Both the position numbers and the translations under genes were made by a program. From the NCBI GenBank assembly GCA_002255365.1, contig NCBI01000006.1, positions 18,742 to 82,741 of the forward strand: a stretch of DNA of 64,000 bases. The letters run 5' to 3'. The notes under the pieces are model-generated. The model saw only the letters and a list, made by a program, of their open reading frames with translations. It was not told the origin of the DNA and ran no database searches. Source of the stretch: Chromatiales bacterium 21-64-14. Lineage in GTDB: Bacteria > Pseudomonadota > Gammaproteobacteria > 21-64-14. Positions 10,308 through 20,538 of this stretch are shown in pieces (the first letter of the stretch is position 1; every line of letters starts with the position of its first letter).

Positions 10308-10725
10308 TCTCTCTCCCGCGAGGCTTGCACAGTCTGATGATTACTAGGATACCGCAACGGTGTGGAAAGTTCCTGCCCCGGATTTGTCGGCCGCGCCTTC
10401 AAGCACTTGAGGGCGATGGGTATATCCACCCCGGCCCCAGGTGGGGTGGGCACGCGCGGCGGGTGCCGCGTGAGGCGTTTTGGTCCCGGACGCAATACTT
10501 GCGAGTAAACGCTTGAGAGGTGGCCTGTTTTGGTGCTCTTCCCAAGGTCCGGGTCGCTTCCGTCTGTAGCCAAAGGCGGGTGGTGATGTGGTATCGTATT
10601 GCCTCCGGCGGGGGGCGGAAACTACTCGCCGGAGCCACGATGTTCGCGGGTGTGACCACCAGCGTTGTTCCGCAGGGTGCCTCGCGAGCCCAGGTAGCTT
10701 TCCCAGATCGGCGAAGGAGATAACA

Positions 10726-10914
10726 ATGGCTGAAGGAAACGAAGTGCTGGTGGTTGCATCCAAAGTCAAAAACTATATTCGTGATAAGTCCGGGATGAAT
10801 ACCTCCGCCAGCGTGCTCGAAGTACTGTCCAACCGGTTGCGGGCCATCTGCGATCAGGCGATTGAGAACGCCCGCCGGGACGGACGCAAGACCGTCAAGG
10901 ACCGCGACGTCTGA
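10726..10914 (+). CDS. small histone-fold-like protein (DUF1931-like)
   Basis: ATG 10726 preceded by AGGAGA RBS; 62-aa product MAEGNEVLVVASKVKNYIRDKSG...VLEVLSNRL resembles bacterial DUF1931 histone-like proteins. Confidence 0.35.
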   Translation: MAEGNEVLVVASKVKNYIRDKSGMNTSASVLEVLSNRLRAICDQAIENARRDGRKTVKDRDV

Positions 10915-11630
10915 GAGTGATCGAGCGCCGCCGTTTCCGCGGCGCCGGATCTTGCTGTTTTCCTCGGCGTCAACTCGAGGACCCGTGGTGACGGATTGCG
11001 GCACTGTCCGATACCCCGCGCCGCGGGCCCGCACACCGCCGTCGTGCGGGTGGGGCGGTCTTTGTAACGGCAGGTTCCACCGGCTGGCCGGTCCCGGTGG
11101 ACCCGTTTCGGGCCGGTTTCTCTGGTTTGACCCCGGTCGACGTCCAGCGGATCGAGCAGCGCTGGCGTGCGTGCCTGGGACTCCGCAGCCGTGGGACCGG
11201 CAGGGCAGCTACCTTCATGATAAATAGCGCGGGCGGTGCCCGGGTAGCCGCCGTTCCGCCCCGGCGGATGCAGGTGATGCGCCCTTCCCGGGACATCGTG
11301 TTGCGGTTGCGGTAGGGTGTTTCGGACCTTGGTTTTCGGTCCGTATCATCGCGGTGCGCCCGCGTGGGCCTCATCGGATCGACACCCTGTCATCAATGGA
11401 CCCGCTCTGCGCGGCGTGGATTGCCGGGCCGTGCGCCCGACGGTGGCGGCACACCAGGCCGATGCCCCGGGGCGGAAGGCCCGGGGGCACGAACGCCGCG
11501 CCGACCCGGCGCGGGCATCGCGATCAGGTAATGAAACTCAGGGCCACCGCGCCTTGTAAGGAGCCTGGCCATTCCAGCGCGCCGCGCCGTTTCAAACCTC
11601 AGTAGGAGGAAGCCAAACCGGCGCCGGGGT

Positions 11631-12641
11631 GTGTCCGCCTGGGCGTCCCTGCCCAAGGACGAACTCCTGGATCTGCGAGTTTGCGACTTGGATCTGGAGA
11701 TCCAGGGTACCGATCTGGAGGCCCGGATCGCGCAGTTGTGCGCGGAGCTGGAGCAGCGCGGGTTCGTGTTCCGGCCCCATTTCTGGCTCTCCGACGACTG
11801 GTTCTGCCCGGACGGCGTCCCGGGGGTCGCCATTCCCTTTTACCTTGCCCATCCACGCCTCAAGCACCTGGAGCAGCGGCATATGCTGGAAGCCGAGGGC
11901 GGCACGCGGTCCTCCTGCATGAAGCTGCTGCGTCACGAGACCGGCCACGCCATCGCCAATGCGTACCTGGTTCACCGGCGCCGCGGCTGGCGCAAGCATT
12001 TCGGGAAATCGACCCAGACGTATCCGGACACCTATCTCCCCAAGCCATACAGCAAGCGCTACGTAATCCATTTGGATGACTGGTACGCTCAGAGTCATCC
12101 CGATGAGGATTGGGCCGAGACCTTTGCGGTGTGGTTGAAACCGCATTCGGGGTGGCGTACCCGATACCGGGGCTGGTCGGCGCTGCACAAGCTAGAATAC
12201 GTCGATGAACTGATGGATGAGATTCGGCTGCTACCGCCGCGGGTGCGCAACCGCAGACGCGTGGCGCCGGTACGCACGCTCCGGATGACCCTGCGTGAAT
12301 ACTACGAGGATAAGCAGTCGCGATACGGGGTCGACTATCCCGAGTTCTACGACCGTCATCTGCTGCGGCTTTTCTCCAATGATGAACAATACCGGAACAA
12401 CGAGCCGGCTTCCCATTATATCCGCCGGACGCGGGTCGAAGTACTCGGGATCGTGTCGCGCTGGACCAGCGAATACCGCTACCGCGTTGATCTTGTGATC
12501 CAGGAGATGATGCGGCGTTGTGATAAATTGGGTCTGCGCACAATCCGCGACGATCATCGGATGAAGCTGAACCTGACTTCCTGCTTGGTCATGATCGTAA
12601 TGAGCCACCTTCACAGCGGGAAATTCATGGTGGCCCTATGA
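11631..12641 (+). CDS. putative zinc-dependent metallopeptidase (HExxH)
   Basis: HETGH motif plus downstream DEDWAETFA; family known to pair with ATP-grasp ligases; GTG start. Confidence 0.55.
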   Translation: MSAWASLPKDELLDLRVCDLDLEIQGTDLEARIAQLCAELEQRGFVFRPHFWLSDDWFCPDGVPGVAIPFYLAHPRLKHLEQRHMLEAEGGTRSSCMKLLRHETGHAIANAYLVHRRRGWRKHFGKSTQTYPDTYLPKPYSKRYVIHLDDWYAQSHPDEDWAETFAVWLKPHSGWRTRYRGWSALHKLEYVDELMDEIRLLPPRVRNRRRVAPVRTLRMTLREYYEDKQSRYGVDYPEFYDRHLLRLFSNDEQYRNNEPASHYIRRTRVEVLGIVSRWTSEYRYRVDLVIQEMMRRCDKLGLRTIRDDHRMKLNLTSCLVMIVMSHLHSGKFMVAL

Positions 12642-13663
12642 GAAGGCTGCGAGTCATGTTGCTGGTTCACCCGAGCCTGATTCCCCCCGAAGGTGAGATC
12701 GACGTGACGGATCCGCGCATGCAGATCTACGAGACGGAATACGACGTTCGCAATGCGCTCATCGAGTTGGGGCATGAGGTCCGGGTCGTAGGCGTGTACG
12801 ACGATCTCGCTCCGATCCGGCAGACCATCGAGGAGTGGCGGCCGCATATTGCGTTCAACCTGCTGGAGGAGTTCGCGGGCCACGCGGATTTCGACTATTA
12901 CGTGGTGAGCTATCTCCGCATGATGGGGGTCCCCTATACCGGGTGCAAGCCGCGCGGTCTGGTGCTGGCCCGGGATAAGGCCTTGTCGAAGAAGATTCTC
13001 AAGTACCACCATATCCGGGTCCCCGACTTTGTGGTGTTCCCGCGCGGCAAGGTGCGGCGCAGACTCCCGCCGATCCGCTATCCTATGATCGTCAAGTCGC
13101 TGATCGAGCAGGGGTCGGTGGGGATATCGCGCGCCTCCCATGTGGAGAACGAGGCGCAACTCCGCGAGCGGGTGACGCTCATCCATGAGAAATTCGATTC
13201 CGATGCCATCGCGGAGCAATTTATCGATGGCCGCGAATTGTACGTGACAGTGGTCGGCAATACGCGTTTGGAGGTTTTCCCGATCCGCGAATTGACCTTC
13301 AGTAAGTTAGACGAAGGCGTGCCGCGGATGGCGACCTACAAGGTGAAATGGGACGCAAAATACCGCAAGCGGAGAGGAATCGACTATCAATTCGCCCGCA
13401 CCCTCGCGGAAGGGGTCCATGAACGCATTATCCGGTTGTGCAAACGCATATACCGGGTATTGGACCTGAGTGGCTATGCGCGCGTGGACCTGCGTCTTGA
13501 TACGCAAGGGCGGATTTTCGTTCTGGAGGCAAACCCCAACGCCGGAATCGCTCGCTCCGACGATTGCGCCTGGTCTGCGGAGAAGGCAGGTTTATCCTAC
13601 GGCCAATTCATCCAGCGCCTGCTGAGCCTTGGTCTCCGGGCCGGCCGCAACCGGGACGCGTGA
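12638..13663 (+). CDS. ATP-grasp enzyme, D-Ala-D-Ala-ligase-like (amide-bond forming)
   Basis: ATP-grasp fold motifs (PMIVKSLIEQGSVGIS, GYARVDLRL, FVLEANPNAG); 4-nt start/stop overlap with the upstream peptidase gene. Confidence 0.65.
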   Translation: MRRLRVMLLVHPSLIPPEGEIDVTDPRMQIYETEYDVRNALIELGHEVRVVGVYDDLAPIRQTIEEWRPHIAFNLLEEFAGHADFDYYVVSYLRMMGVPYTGCKPRGLVLARDKALSKKILKYHHIRVPDFVVFPRGKVRRRLPPIRYPMIVKSLIEQGSVGISRASHVENEAQLRERVTLIHEKFDSDAIAEQFIDGRELYVTVVGNTRLEVFPIRELTFSKLDEGVPRMATYKVKWDAKYRKRRGIDYQFARTLAEGVHERIIRLCKRIYRVLDLSGYARVDLRLDTQGRIFVLEANPNAGIARSDDCAWSAEKAGLSYGQFIQRLLSLGLRAGRNRDA

Positions 13664-13677
13664 ATATGACCGGTGGA

Positions 13678-13990
13678 TCACGATACCCGGTCAGCAGCCT
13701 CCATGTGCAGGAACTGGACCTCAGCGCCCGCCATGACGATGGTGCCCTGACGCCGGTTCTCGCCGGTGTCGCTGTATTCGAAGCCGTAGACGCGTGTCAA
13801 TTGCAGGTGACCGTCCCGATTCCGCTGCAGGCGCAGTCGGCGCAGGGAAACGGTGTCGTCCAGCAGCCGGGCCCCGAGGCCCGCGCAGGTTTCCGTGCAG
13901 ACACGGTTCGCGGCTTCCCGGGCGCGCATGGTATCGCGCCACGCCCAGACAATCATTCCCAGCAGCAGCAATCCCGCGAGTGGCAGCATG
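13678..13990 (-). CDS. DUF3301-like small membrane protein
   Basis: Internal ATG 13990 gives ~103 aa with an N-terminal TM helix (MLPLAGLLLLGMIVWAW); the longer frame to 14214 is Arg-rich and implausible. Confidence 0.4.
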
Positions 13991-14207
13991 GTGGCGGGTT
14001 CGGTGACCTTGGTCGTCGGTCGGGCGCCGGGGCCCGGCGGCGTGTGCAGGGAGCGCCATTCGCGTCCCCGAGACATGACTATATCATGACGGCCGTGGCC
14101 GCCGGCGTCGGCGCGGGTCCGGGGGTAGCGGAGCGGCGGGGGCCTCCAAGCGTAAAACATTGCACTGGTGTGTGCTTGCCATCCCAACGACGACGAACGG
14201 TGGATAT

Positions 14208-15230
14208 ATGACAACGAACGATTTGGAGTGGCGTGAACAGGCCGCGGCCCAGCTGCACGGTACGCTGGCGCTGAGCGTGGCCTATATAGGAGTGGTAAAT
14301 GGTCTGTTCGCGGCCCTGGATGACCTGGATGGTGCGGGGCCGACGGTGCTTGCTAAGACCGCCGGCATGGATGTGGGCTACGTTACCCGTTGGTGCGACG
14401 CGGCCTACGCCTTCGGCCTCCTGGATGAGGCCGATGCGGCGCGCTTTACGGTCACGGAACTGGGCCGCGCCTACCGGGGTAATTCCTTGGGGACGCTGAT
14501 GCCCTTCGCGGTCCGGGCCATGTTGTCGACCCACATGGCAGAGCGGGCCGCCGCACTGATGCGCAGCGGGGAGCGTCCCGGGGATGGGGTGCTCGCGGAG
14601 CGGGAGACGGTGGTGCCGTGGTTCGGCCCGATGCTAGAACACCAGTTCGGAGGTTTTTTCGAGCGGGAGATCCTTCCGAGCCTGCCTGCCTACCGGGAGG
14701 TGGACCGGCGCGGTGGCCTGGCGGTGGATCTGGGCTGCGGGAACGGCTGGTATGTGCGTCGCCTGGTGGCCCGATACCCGGGATTGCGCGGGCTCGGTCT
14801 GGACGCCATGGCCGAGAACATCACCCAGGCTGCTGAGTTGGCGCAGGCGGCCGGGATCGCCGACCGCCTGCGCTTCGAGACCGGGGATATCCATGATTTC
14901 CAGTCCCTGGAGCCGGCGGATCTGATCGCCATGAACCGAGCCCTGCACCACGTGTGGCACGACCGGGAGAACGTGTTTCGCATCATCCACGACCACCTCA
15001 AGCCCGGTGGGTACGCTGTGATCTGGGAGCCGAACTGGCCCGTGGAACGTTCGGCCTTGCGTATGCCTGGGCGCGCAGGCATGGCATTCCAGAACTTGGC
15101 CGAACACGTGCAGGGCAACCACCTCTTGCGTCCCGACGAGATCGCCGCGCAGTTCCGCAAGGTCGGCATGGAGCCTGAGATCTACCTGTTCGCCGATGGT
15201 GGCGAAGCGGTGATTACCGCCGTGCGGTGA
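14208..15230 (+). CDS. class I SAM-dependent methyltransferase with N-terminal dimerisation/winged-helix-like domain (O-methyltransferase-like)
   Basis: LAVDLGCGNGW motif I, acidic motif II, and IHDHLKPGGYAVIWE; start ATG 14208 (MTTNDLEW). Confidence 0.6.
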   Translation: MTTNDLEWREQAAAQLHGTLALSVAYIGVVNGLFAALDDLDGAGPTVLAKTAGMDVGYVTRWCDAAYAFGLLDEADAARFTVTELGRAYRGNSLGTLMPFAVRAMLSTHMAERAAALMRSGERPGDGVLAERETVVPWFGPMLEHQFGGFFEREILPSLPAYREVDRRGGLAVDLGCGNGWYVRRLVARYPGLRGLGLDAMAENITQAAELAQAAGIADRLRFETGDIHDFQSLEPADLIAMNRALHHVWHDRENVFRIIHDHLKPGGYAVIWEPNWPVERSALRMPGRAGMAFQNLAEHVQGNHLLRPDEIAAQFRKVGMEPEIYLFADGGEAVITAVR

Positions 15231-16671
15231 GTGGCGGCTGCTGCGGGGCAGACGGCGGAGACGCTGCGCCGGCGCGGCCCGGAGTGTCGCCGGGCGGCTT
15301 TGGCGGCGGATGGCGAAACATGGTGACGACGTCGAACATCAGACCCGAAAGTGCGTGGAAGCGCATGACCCGGAAGACCAGCGTAGGCAAGGACATCGCC
15401 CGCACCGTACGGACCTCCCGCAAGCGGGGAAGGAACGCGATGGCCACCGTGGCGCGTACCAGCGTGGAGACGAGAAATACGCCGTACAGCACACTGATCC
15501 AGCGTATTTCATGTCCGGCGACGGTGAAGCGGGTGGGCAGTGCACTGGCCAGCCAGGCGCCCAGCATGGCGCCCAGGAACAGACCCACGTTGACCAGTGT
15601 GTTGTGGAAGGCCAGGTAGGTGGTGCGTTTGGGGCTCGGTACAAGATCGTATAGAAAATTTCCGGAACTCAGACTGTAACCCGCCCAACTCAGACCCGCC
15701 AATATCTGCACGGCGATCAGGTACCAAAAGCTGGTGGAGACCAACCACAGGGCGGGTAGAAACGGAATCAGCGACCCGGTGAGCGCGAGGATCAAGCGAT
15801 TTCCGAACGCGTCGCTGATCCGGCCCCAGGTGTTCAGGGTCAGGATCTGGACGACCACGGCGGTGGCGGTGTTGGCCATGAATTGCAGATAGGAGAAATG
15901 CAGGTCCCGCAGCATATAGACAGTGAAAAACGGAGACGCGATGGATACCGCGAACTGCATCAGGAACACGAACAGCGAAAAGCGCAGGAACGACGATTTG
16001 CGCGCGCGTTTCAGCCAGCCGCCGGCCACCAGTTCCTGGACCATGGGGTGGCGGGGCGGTTCGTGCATGCGTGCCAGATGATAGATCGAGACCAAGCGCG
16101 CCACCGCCGCGGCCGCGAAAACCAGGAGATAACCGGTCACGGTGCTTCCGGCCCGGTCGAAGCCGTCTAGCACAAGACCGGCGCTTACCAGGGCCAGGAA
16201 TGCCATTACTGTCGCGTAGCGAGTGCGTCGCCCGAAGTAGCGGCCGCGTTTGCGTTCCGGGACCAGGTCGCCCATCAGGCTGGTCCACTGCGGTGCGATG
16301 AGGTTTCCACACATGTAATAGACCGTGACGCATCCGATCAGGATCATGACGGCGTGGTTTCGGAACAGGAGTGGAAGGAGCGCGAGCGGAAGCCAGGTCA
16401 GGGCCTGGAGTCCGGCACCGGCCAGGATGAGAGTCTTGCGCCGGGGGATGCGCCGTCCCAGCCACGCGGACAGCAACTGGGCGAAGGATCCCAGCAGTGG
16501 CGGCAGGGCAGCGAGCAGCGCGATCTGTTCGGTGCTGGCCTTGAGCAGCAGCGCAAAGGCGGACAGGTAGGTCTCGCCGCCGCCGGACATGACCGAATAG
16601 GCCGCAGCATCACGTACCGAGTGCCGTAGCGAGCGGTCAACCTGGGGGTCTTTCGAATACTGGTGAGTCAC
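15214..16671 (-). CDS. MFS transporter
   Basis: ~12 predicted TM segments; MFS-type loop motif GxLxDRxGRR-like (LGRRIPRRKTL). Confidence 0.7.
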   Translation of the reverse strand: MTHQYSKDPQVDRSLRHSVRDAAAYSVMSGGGETYLSAFALLLKASTEQIALLAALPPLLGSFAQLLSAWLGRRIPRRKTLILAGAGLQALTWLPLALLPLLFRNHAVMILIGCVTVYYMCGNLIAPQWTSLMGDLVPERKRGRYFGRRTRYATVMAFLALVSAGLVLDGFDRAGSTVTGYLLVFAAAAVARLVSIYHLARMHEPPRHPMVQELVAGGWLKRARKSSFLRFSLFVFLMQFAVSIASPFFTVYMLRDLHFSYLQFMANTATAVVVQILTLNTWGRISDAFGNRLILALTGSLIPFLPALWLVSTSFWYLIAVQILAGLSWAGYSLSSGNFLYDLVPSPKRTTYLAFHNTLVNVGLFLGAMLGAWLASALPTRFTVAGHEIRWISVLYGVFLVSTLVRATVAIAFLPRLREVRTVRAMSLPTLVFRVMRFHALSGLMFDVVTMFRHPPPKPPGDTPGRAGAASPPSAPQQPPLTARR

Positions 16672-17054
16672 GGCGGCGGTGGAAGTGGTCCGGGTACGGG
16701 CATCCGCGTTCCGCGCGGGACTGCGGCAAGGCCGGTTCCGGCGGGTGCCCGCGTCGAACGCCGTAGGCCGAGCGCATCACGCTAACCGAGTTCCGCCATC
16801 CACGCAAGGCGCCCGGTCCGGGTAGGGTGTGGACTGCGTTGCGGCGGATTCGCCATTCGGAGTAATCTTTATCATTGGTTGATTTGCCCGCCTTTCCGGG
16901 ATGCGGGCGACCGGAGCCAAGTCGCCCGGCGGTACCGACCGCAGGAGCCGTTCGAGGCGCGGACGATCAGGTTGAGCGGTGCCCCGAGTCCACCGGATTC
17001 GGGCTCAATGCGGCCGGACCCGGAGGGTTTGACCCAGGGGGTTGAAAGTCAGCG

Positions 17055-17330
17055 ATGGGAAAGTCGATATACGTGGGGAATCTGCCCTTCGATACTTCGG
17101 AAAATGAGGTGCGTGCGTTGTTCGCCCAGCACGGCGTGGTGCTTTCCGTCACGCTAGTCACTGACCGCGAGACCGGACAGCCGCGCGGCTTCGGATTCGT
17201 GGAGATGGAGCCGGGAGCCGTCGATACGGCGATCGAGCGACTCAACGGGGCGCAGTTTCAGGGCCGCGCGTTGCGTGTGAACGAGGCCCGCGGCAAGCAT
17301 TCCCGAGATGACGCGCCGCCCGGCGGATAG
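17055..17330 (+). CDS. RNA-binding protein (single RRM, RNP1/RNP2)
   Basis: IYVGNLPF (RNP2) and RGFGFVEM (RNP1) motifs; Gly-rich tail. Confidence 0.8.
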   Translation: MGKSIYVGNLPFDTSENEVRALFAQHGVVLSVTLVTDRETGQPRGFGFVEMEPGAVDTAIERLNGAQFQGRALRVNEARGKHSRDDAPPGG

Positions 17331-17455
17331 CCCGCATTTTTTATGACGCGTCGCGGCGCACGACGCGGTGCGCGGCGATCGGGCGGGAACCTACCAGCGC
17401 TGTGGGATCGGTGGGTCGCGTGCCGCCCGCACCGGCCCGCGGCGTATCCAGGTGC

Positions 17456-17815
17456 CTACGCATCGGAGTCTGGCAGCAGAATCCGGGTGCCTTCGGTGTC
17501 GAGCCCGTCCTCGCTGACGAAGCGCAGCTCCTGTGCTCCCACCCGCAGGACATCCCCGTGTTTCAGCAGATGGCGTGTCGCTGGCTTGCCGTTCACCTGG
17601 GTCCCGTTGGTGCTGCCGAGATCCTCCACGACGACGTCACACAGACTTTCCATGTAGGGACTGGGCCGGACCGTCAGCAGGGCGTGCCGGGTGCTGACGG
17701 TGGGGTCGTCGATCCGGATCTCGTTCTCCGGGCCGCGTCCGACGCGAAGCGTTCCCGAAACTATTTCGTACTCACGGATGGCGGTGCCTTCCAGGCTGTG
17801 TACGAGTTTGGGCAT
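17456..17815 (-). CDS. FHA-domain protein
   Basis: Internal ATG 17815; FHA signature GR..ENEIRIDDPTVSTRHALL...GSTNGTQVNG. Confidence 0.7.
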   Translation of the reverse strand: MPKLVHSLEGTAIREYEIVSGTLRVGRGPENEIRIDDPTVSTRHALLTVRPSPYMESLCDVVVEDLGSTNGTQVNGKPATRHLLKHGDVLRVGAQELRFVSEDGLDTEGTRILLPDSDA

Positions 17816-17873
17816 GGTGTTGCCTCCTTCTGAACCAAGCGGCGTTGCGCTGGTGTGATGGCGTGGGGCGCTA

Positions 17874-20405
17874 TCAGTTCGGACCCCGGCGCCGCCCGCC
17901 CTTGACCTGCTGACGGCATTTTCGCAGTGCCGCGGCCATGGCGGCGCCGTCGCTGTAGCGTTTTTTCGGGTCTTTTTGCAGGGCGGTGTTGATAACCCGG
18001 CCGACGCAGGCGGGCAGGCCACGGCGCTGCTTGCGGATGTCCACGTGACGCTGGTGAGCGATACGGTACATCAAGGTCGCCAGCGAATCCCCGGTAAACG
18101 GCAGTTGGGCGGTGAGCAGCTGATACAGGGTGACACCTAGGGAATACAGGTCCGTCGCCCCGTCCACCCGGTCTCCCGCCACCTGTTCCGGCGACATATA
18201 GGACGGGCTCCCCAACAGGGTTCCGGTGCGGGTGTGATGGCTGTCAGTCAGGGAAGCAATACCGAAGTCGGTCACTTTGATGTTCCCACCATCGCAGGGG
18301 TAGAGGATGTTCCCCGGTTTGATGTCGCGGTGGACCACGCCGCGGTGATGGGCGTAGTCCAATGCGTCCGCCACCTGTGCCCCGACGTCCAGCACTTCTC
18401 CCACGGGCAGGCGCCGGTCCGGTGCCGTGAACGACTCGAGGTTTTCCCCCTCCACGTAGTCCATGGCGATGTAGGCCACGTCGTGCTCTTCACCGACGTC
18501 ATAGATTGTCACGATGTTGGGGTGATCGAGCCGCCCGGCGGCCTGGGCCTCCTGCAGGAAACGCTGTTCGGCCGCCTGCAGGGCGCTGCCTTCGAACTCC
18601 TGGGACAATGCCAGGGTCTTGATGGCCACCGGCCGTCCGATCTTCGGGTCGGCGCCCAGGTAGACCATCCCCATGGTGCCCTTGCCCAGCTCGCGTTCCA
18701 GGCGGTACCGCCCGAGCATGGGTTTCTCCACCCGCGGATCGTTCATCACCAAGGTCTTGGTAGCCCCGAGTCCTACTCCGGCCCCGGCCCCGGCCGCGGA
18801 CGGAAAGTGTTCGGCGACGGATGCCAAGCGCCCGTGGCGCTCCCGTATGTCCCGGTACGCAGCGTCGTGACGGGCGATCCGGGCGTAGACCGCCATGGCC
18901 TTAGGGAACTGGCGGCGGCGCTCGAACTCCTGTCCCAATGAATACAGGGATTCCACCACGGCTGCATCCAGCGGGCAGCGGCACAGGATCTCGAACGCCT
19001 CGTCGAGTCGTCCCTGAGTCTGGAGCGCGGCGTGGGCGGCGGCGACGATTCCACGCATCCGGTGTCCCACCGCGAGCACCATTTGGGTCGTCACCAGGAA
19101 TACCGCCGGTAGTGTCAGGGGCAGCCACAGCAGATGGGTTACGAGTGCGAGCACTTCGGCGTTGAGCAGCAGCAGGGCGAGCGCGCCGCTCAGCCACAGG
19201 CCGCGGCGCCCGTGCATGGCGGAAGGCAGAAGCAGCAGCCATAGCGCCAGCAGGAGAATCAGGGCGCGCTGTGCTCCGAAGAACCACGTCGGTACGGTGA
19301 TACCGGTGCCGTTCAACAGGCTGTCCACCACCGCGGCGTTCCAGGTAACCGGGGTATAGCGCAGCCCCCCGACACCCGGGAACGGCGTCATCTGGTCGGG
19401 CGCGGTGAGACCCACGAGCACGATCCGCTGCCGCAACCGGCTCGCTGGAACCTCGCCTGCCCACCAGCGTGCCAGCGAATAGACAGGTACCGCGAGGCCG
19501 CCGCGGGTATCCCGGGGCGGCTGCGGATACCACCGATAACCCGGCCCTGTGCGGCGCATGAGCTGGCCGATCTGGATCCCACGACCCGGCATCGGTACCA
19601 CGGCGCCCATCGGCATCTCTACCGCCTGGGCCGCGAGCCGCAGCGCGAAGGATGGGAGGCGTTGACCGTCCACCCGGGGGAGCAGCGCGGCGCCCCGCGC
19701 GCGGCGTTGCTGCGTGTGGACCAGGCCTACGCCCGCCGCGCCGCGCATCAGGGACTCGAGGGGTGCGCGTACCACCTGGGGCGGGGTGCCAGGTGGCGCC
19801 AGGAAGGGTCGCAACAGCGTGGGGTAGGGGGGCGGCAGCAGGTCCCGAGCGGTCACCACTGCGGATTGCAAGGCGCCGGGCAGCGGCCGCGTTTCAGAGG
19901 TGGTGTGACCGTAGGCCGCGAGTATGACATTCCGCGTTTCCGCGAGGGCTTGTGCCAGTACGGTATCGGGGTCGGCATGGGCCAGCCATGCACGCACCTC
20001 CCGGGCCCCCGCGCTGTTCATCGTCTGCGCGTCGGCGCGCAGCTGCGCGAGACCCGGCGGTGTCTGGGATCCCGCGAGGGGGAGCAGCAGGCCTACGGCC
20101 CGGGGGTGGACGTCTTGCAGGCGCGTGACGATCCCGGCCAGCAAATCGTGCGGCCAGGGCCACGGACCCATGCGGGCGAGGGTGGCGGTATCGATGGCCA
20201 ACACCGCAACCGCGGCGGAATCCGGCGCAGGGGGCAGGAGGCGCGCGGCGAGTTCGTAGGCACGGTCTTCCACAGATTGCAAGGCGGCCGTGTAGGTGCC
20301 GAGCACCATGCAGCCGGCGGCAATGACAATCAGGAACCGGTGGTGGGTCCAGAGGGCAGGTCGCACAGGTGGGCCGTCCTGACGGTGCCGGGCGCCGAGA
20401 CGCAT
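17874..20405 (-). CDS. CHASE2 sensor domain Ser/Thr protein kinase
   Basis: N-terminal CHASE2-like periplasmic region flanked by TM helices; C-terminal Hanks kinase (GKGTMGMVY, VAIK, HRDIKPGNIL, DFG, SPEQ). Confidence 0.75.
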   Translation of the reverse strand: MRLGARHRQDGPPVRPALWTHHRFLIVIAAGCMVLGTYTAALQSVEDRAYELAARLLPPAPDSAAVAVLAIDTATLARMGPWPWPHDLLAGIVTRLQDVHPRAVGLLLPLAGSQTPPGLAQLRADAQTMNSAGAREVRAWLAHADPDTVLAQALAETRNVILAAYGHTTSETRPLPGALQSAVVTARDLLPPPYPTLLRPFLAPPGTPPQVVRAPLESLMRGAAGVGLVHTQQRRARGAALLPRVDGQRLPSFALRLAAQAVEMPMGAVVPMPGRGIQIGQLMRRTGPGYRWYPQPPRDTRGGLAVPVYSLARWWAGEVPASRLRQRIVLVGLTAPDQMTPFPGVGGLRYTPVTWNAAVVDSLLNGTGITVPTWFFGAQRALILLLALWLLLLPSAMHGRRGLWLSGALALLLLNAEVLALVTHLLWLPLTLPAVFLVTTQMVLAVGHRMRGIVAAAHAALQTQGRLDEAFEILCRCPLDAAVVESLYSLGQEFERRRQFPKAMAVYARIARHDAAYRDIRERHGRLASVAEHFPSAAGAGAGVGLGATKTLVMNDPRVEKPMLGRYRLERELGKGTMGMVYLGADPKIGRPVAIKTLALSQEFEGSALQAAEQRFLQEAQAAGRLDHPNIVTIYDVGEEHDVAYIAMDYVEGENLESFTAPDRRLPVGEVLDVGAQVADALDYAHHRGVVHRDIKPGNILYPCDGGNIKVTDFGIASLTDSHHTRTGTLLGSPSYMSPEQVAGDRVDGATDLYSLGVTLYQLLTAQLPFTGDSLATLMYRIAHQRHVDIRKQRRGLPACVGRVINTALQKDPKKRYSDGAAMAAALRKCRQQVKGGRRRGPN

Positions 20406-20538
20406 GCGCGCCGCAGCTTACGATCGGCATTGTGCCTGGCCGAGGGCACCGGTGCAGCGACCGGGTTCACAGGCCAGCGGGTTCCAGGCCAGGGCATGGC
20501 GATCTGAGCCGTGCCCCGACCTGGGTCCCGGTCCCCGG

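Noticed and set aside
9539-10347. + strand ORFs 9539..9907, 9783..10286, 9841..10347
   Set aside because: Arg/Gly-rich, mutually overlapping, antisense to or overlapping the 9960..10307 ORF; no supporting features
17301-17345. Terminator after the RRM gene (CGCCG-cc-CGGCG + TTTTTT)
   Set aside because: Loop too short for a stable hairpin and the T-tract is separated from the stem; not called
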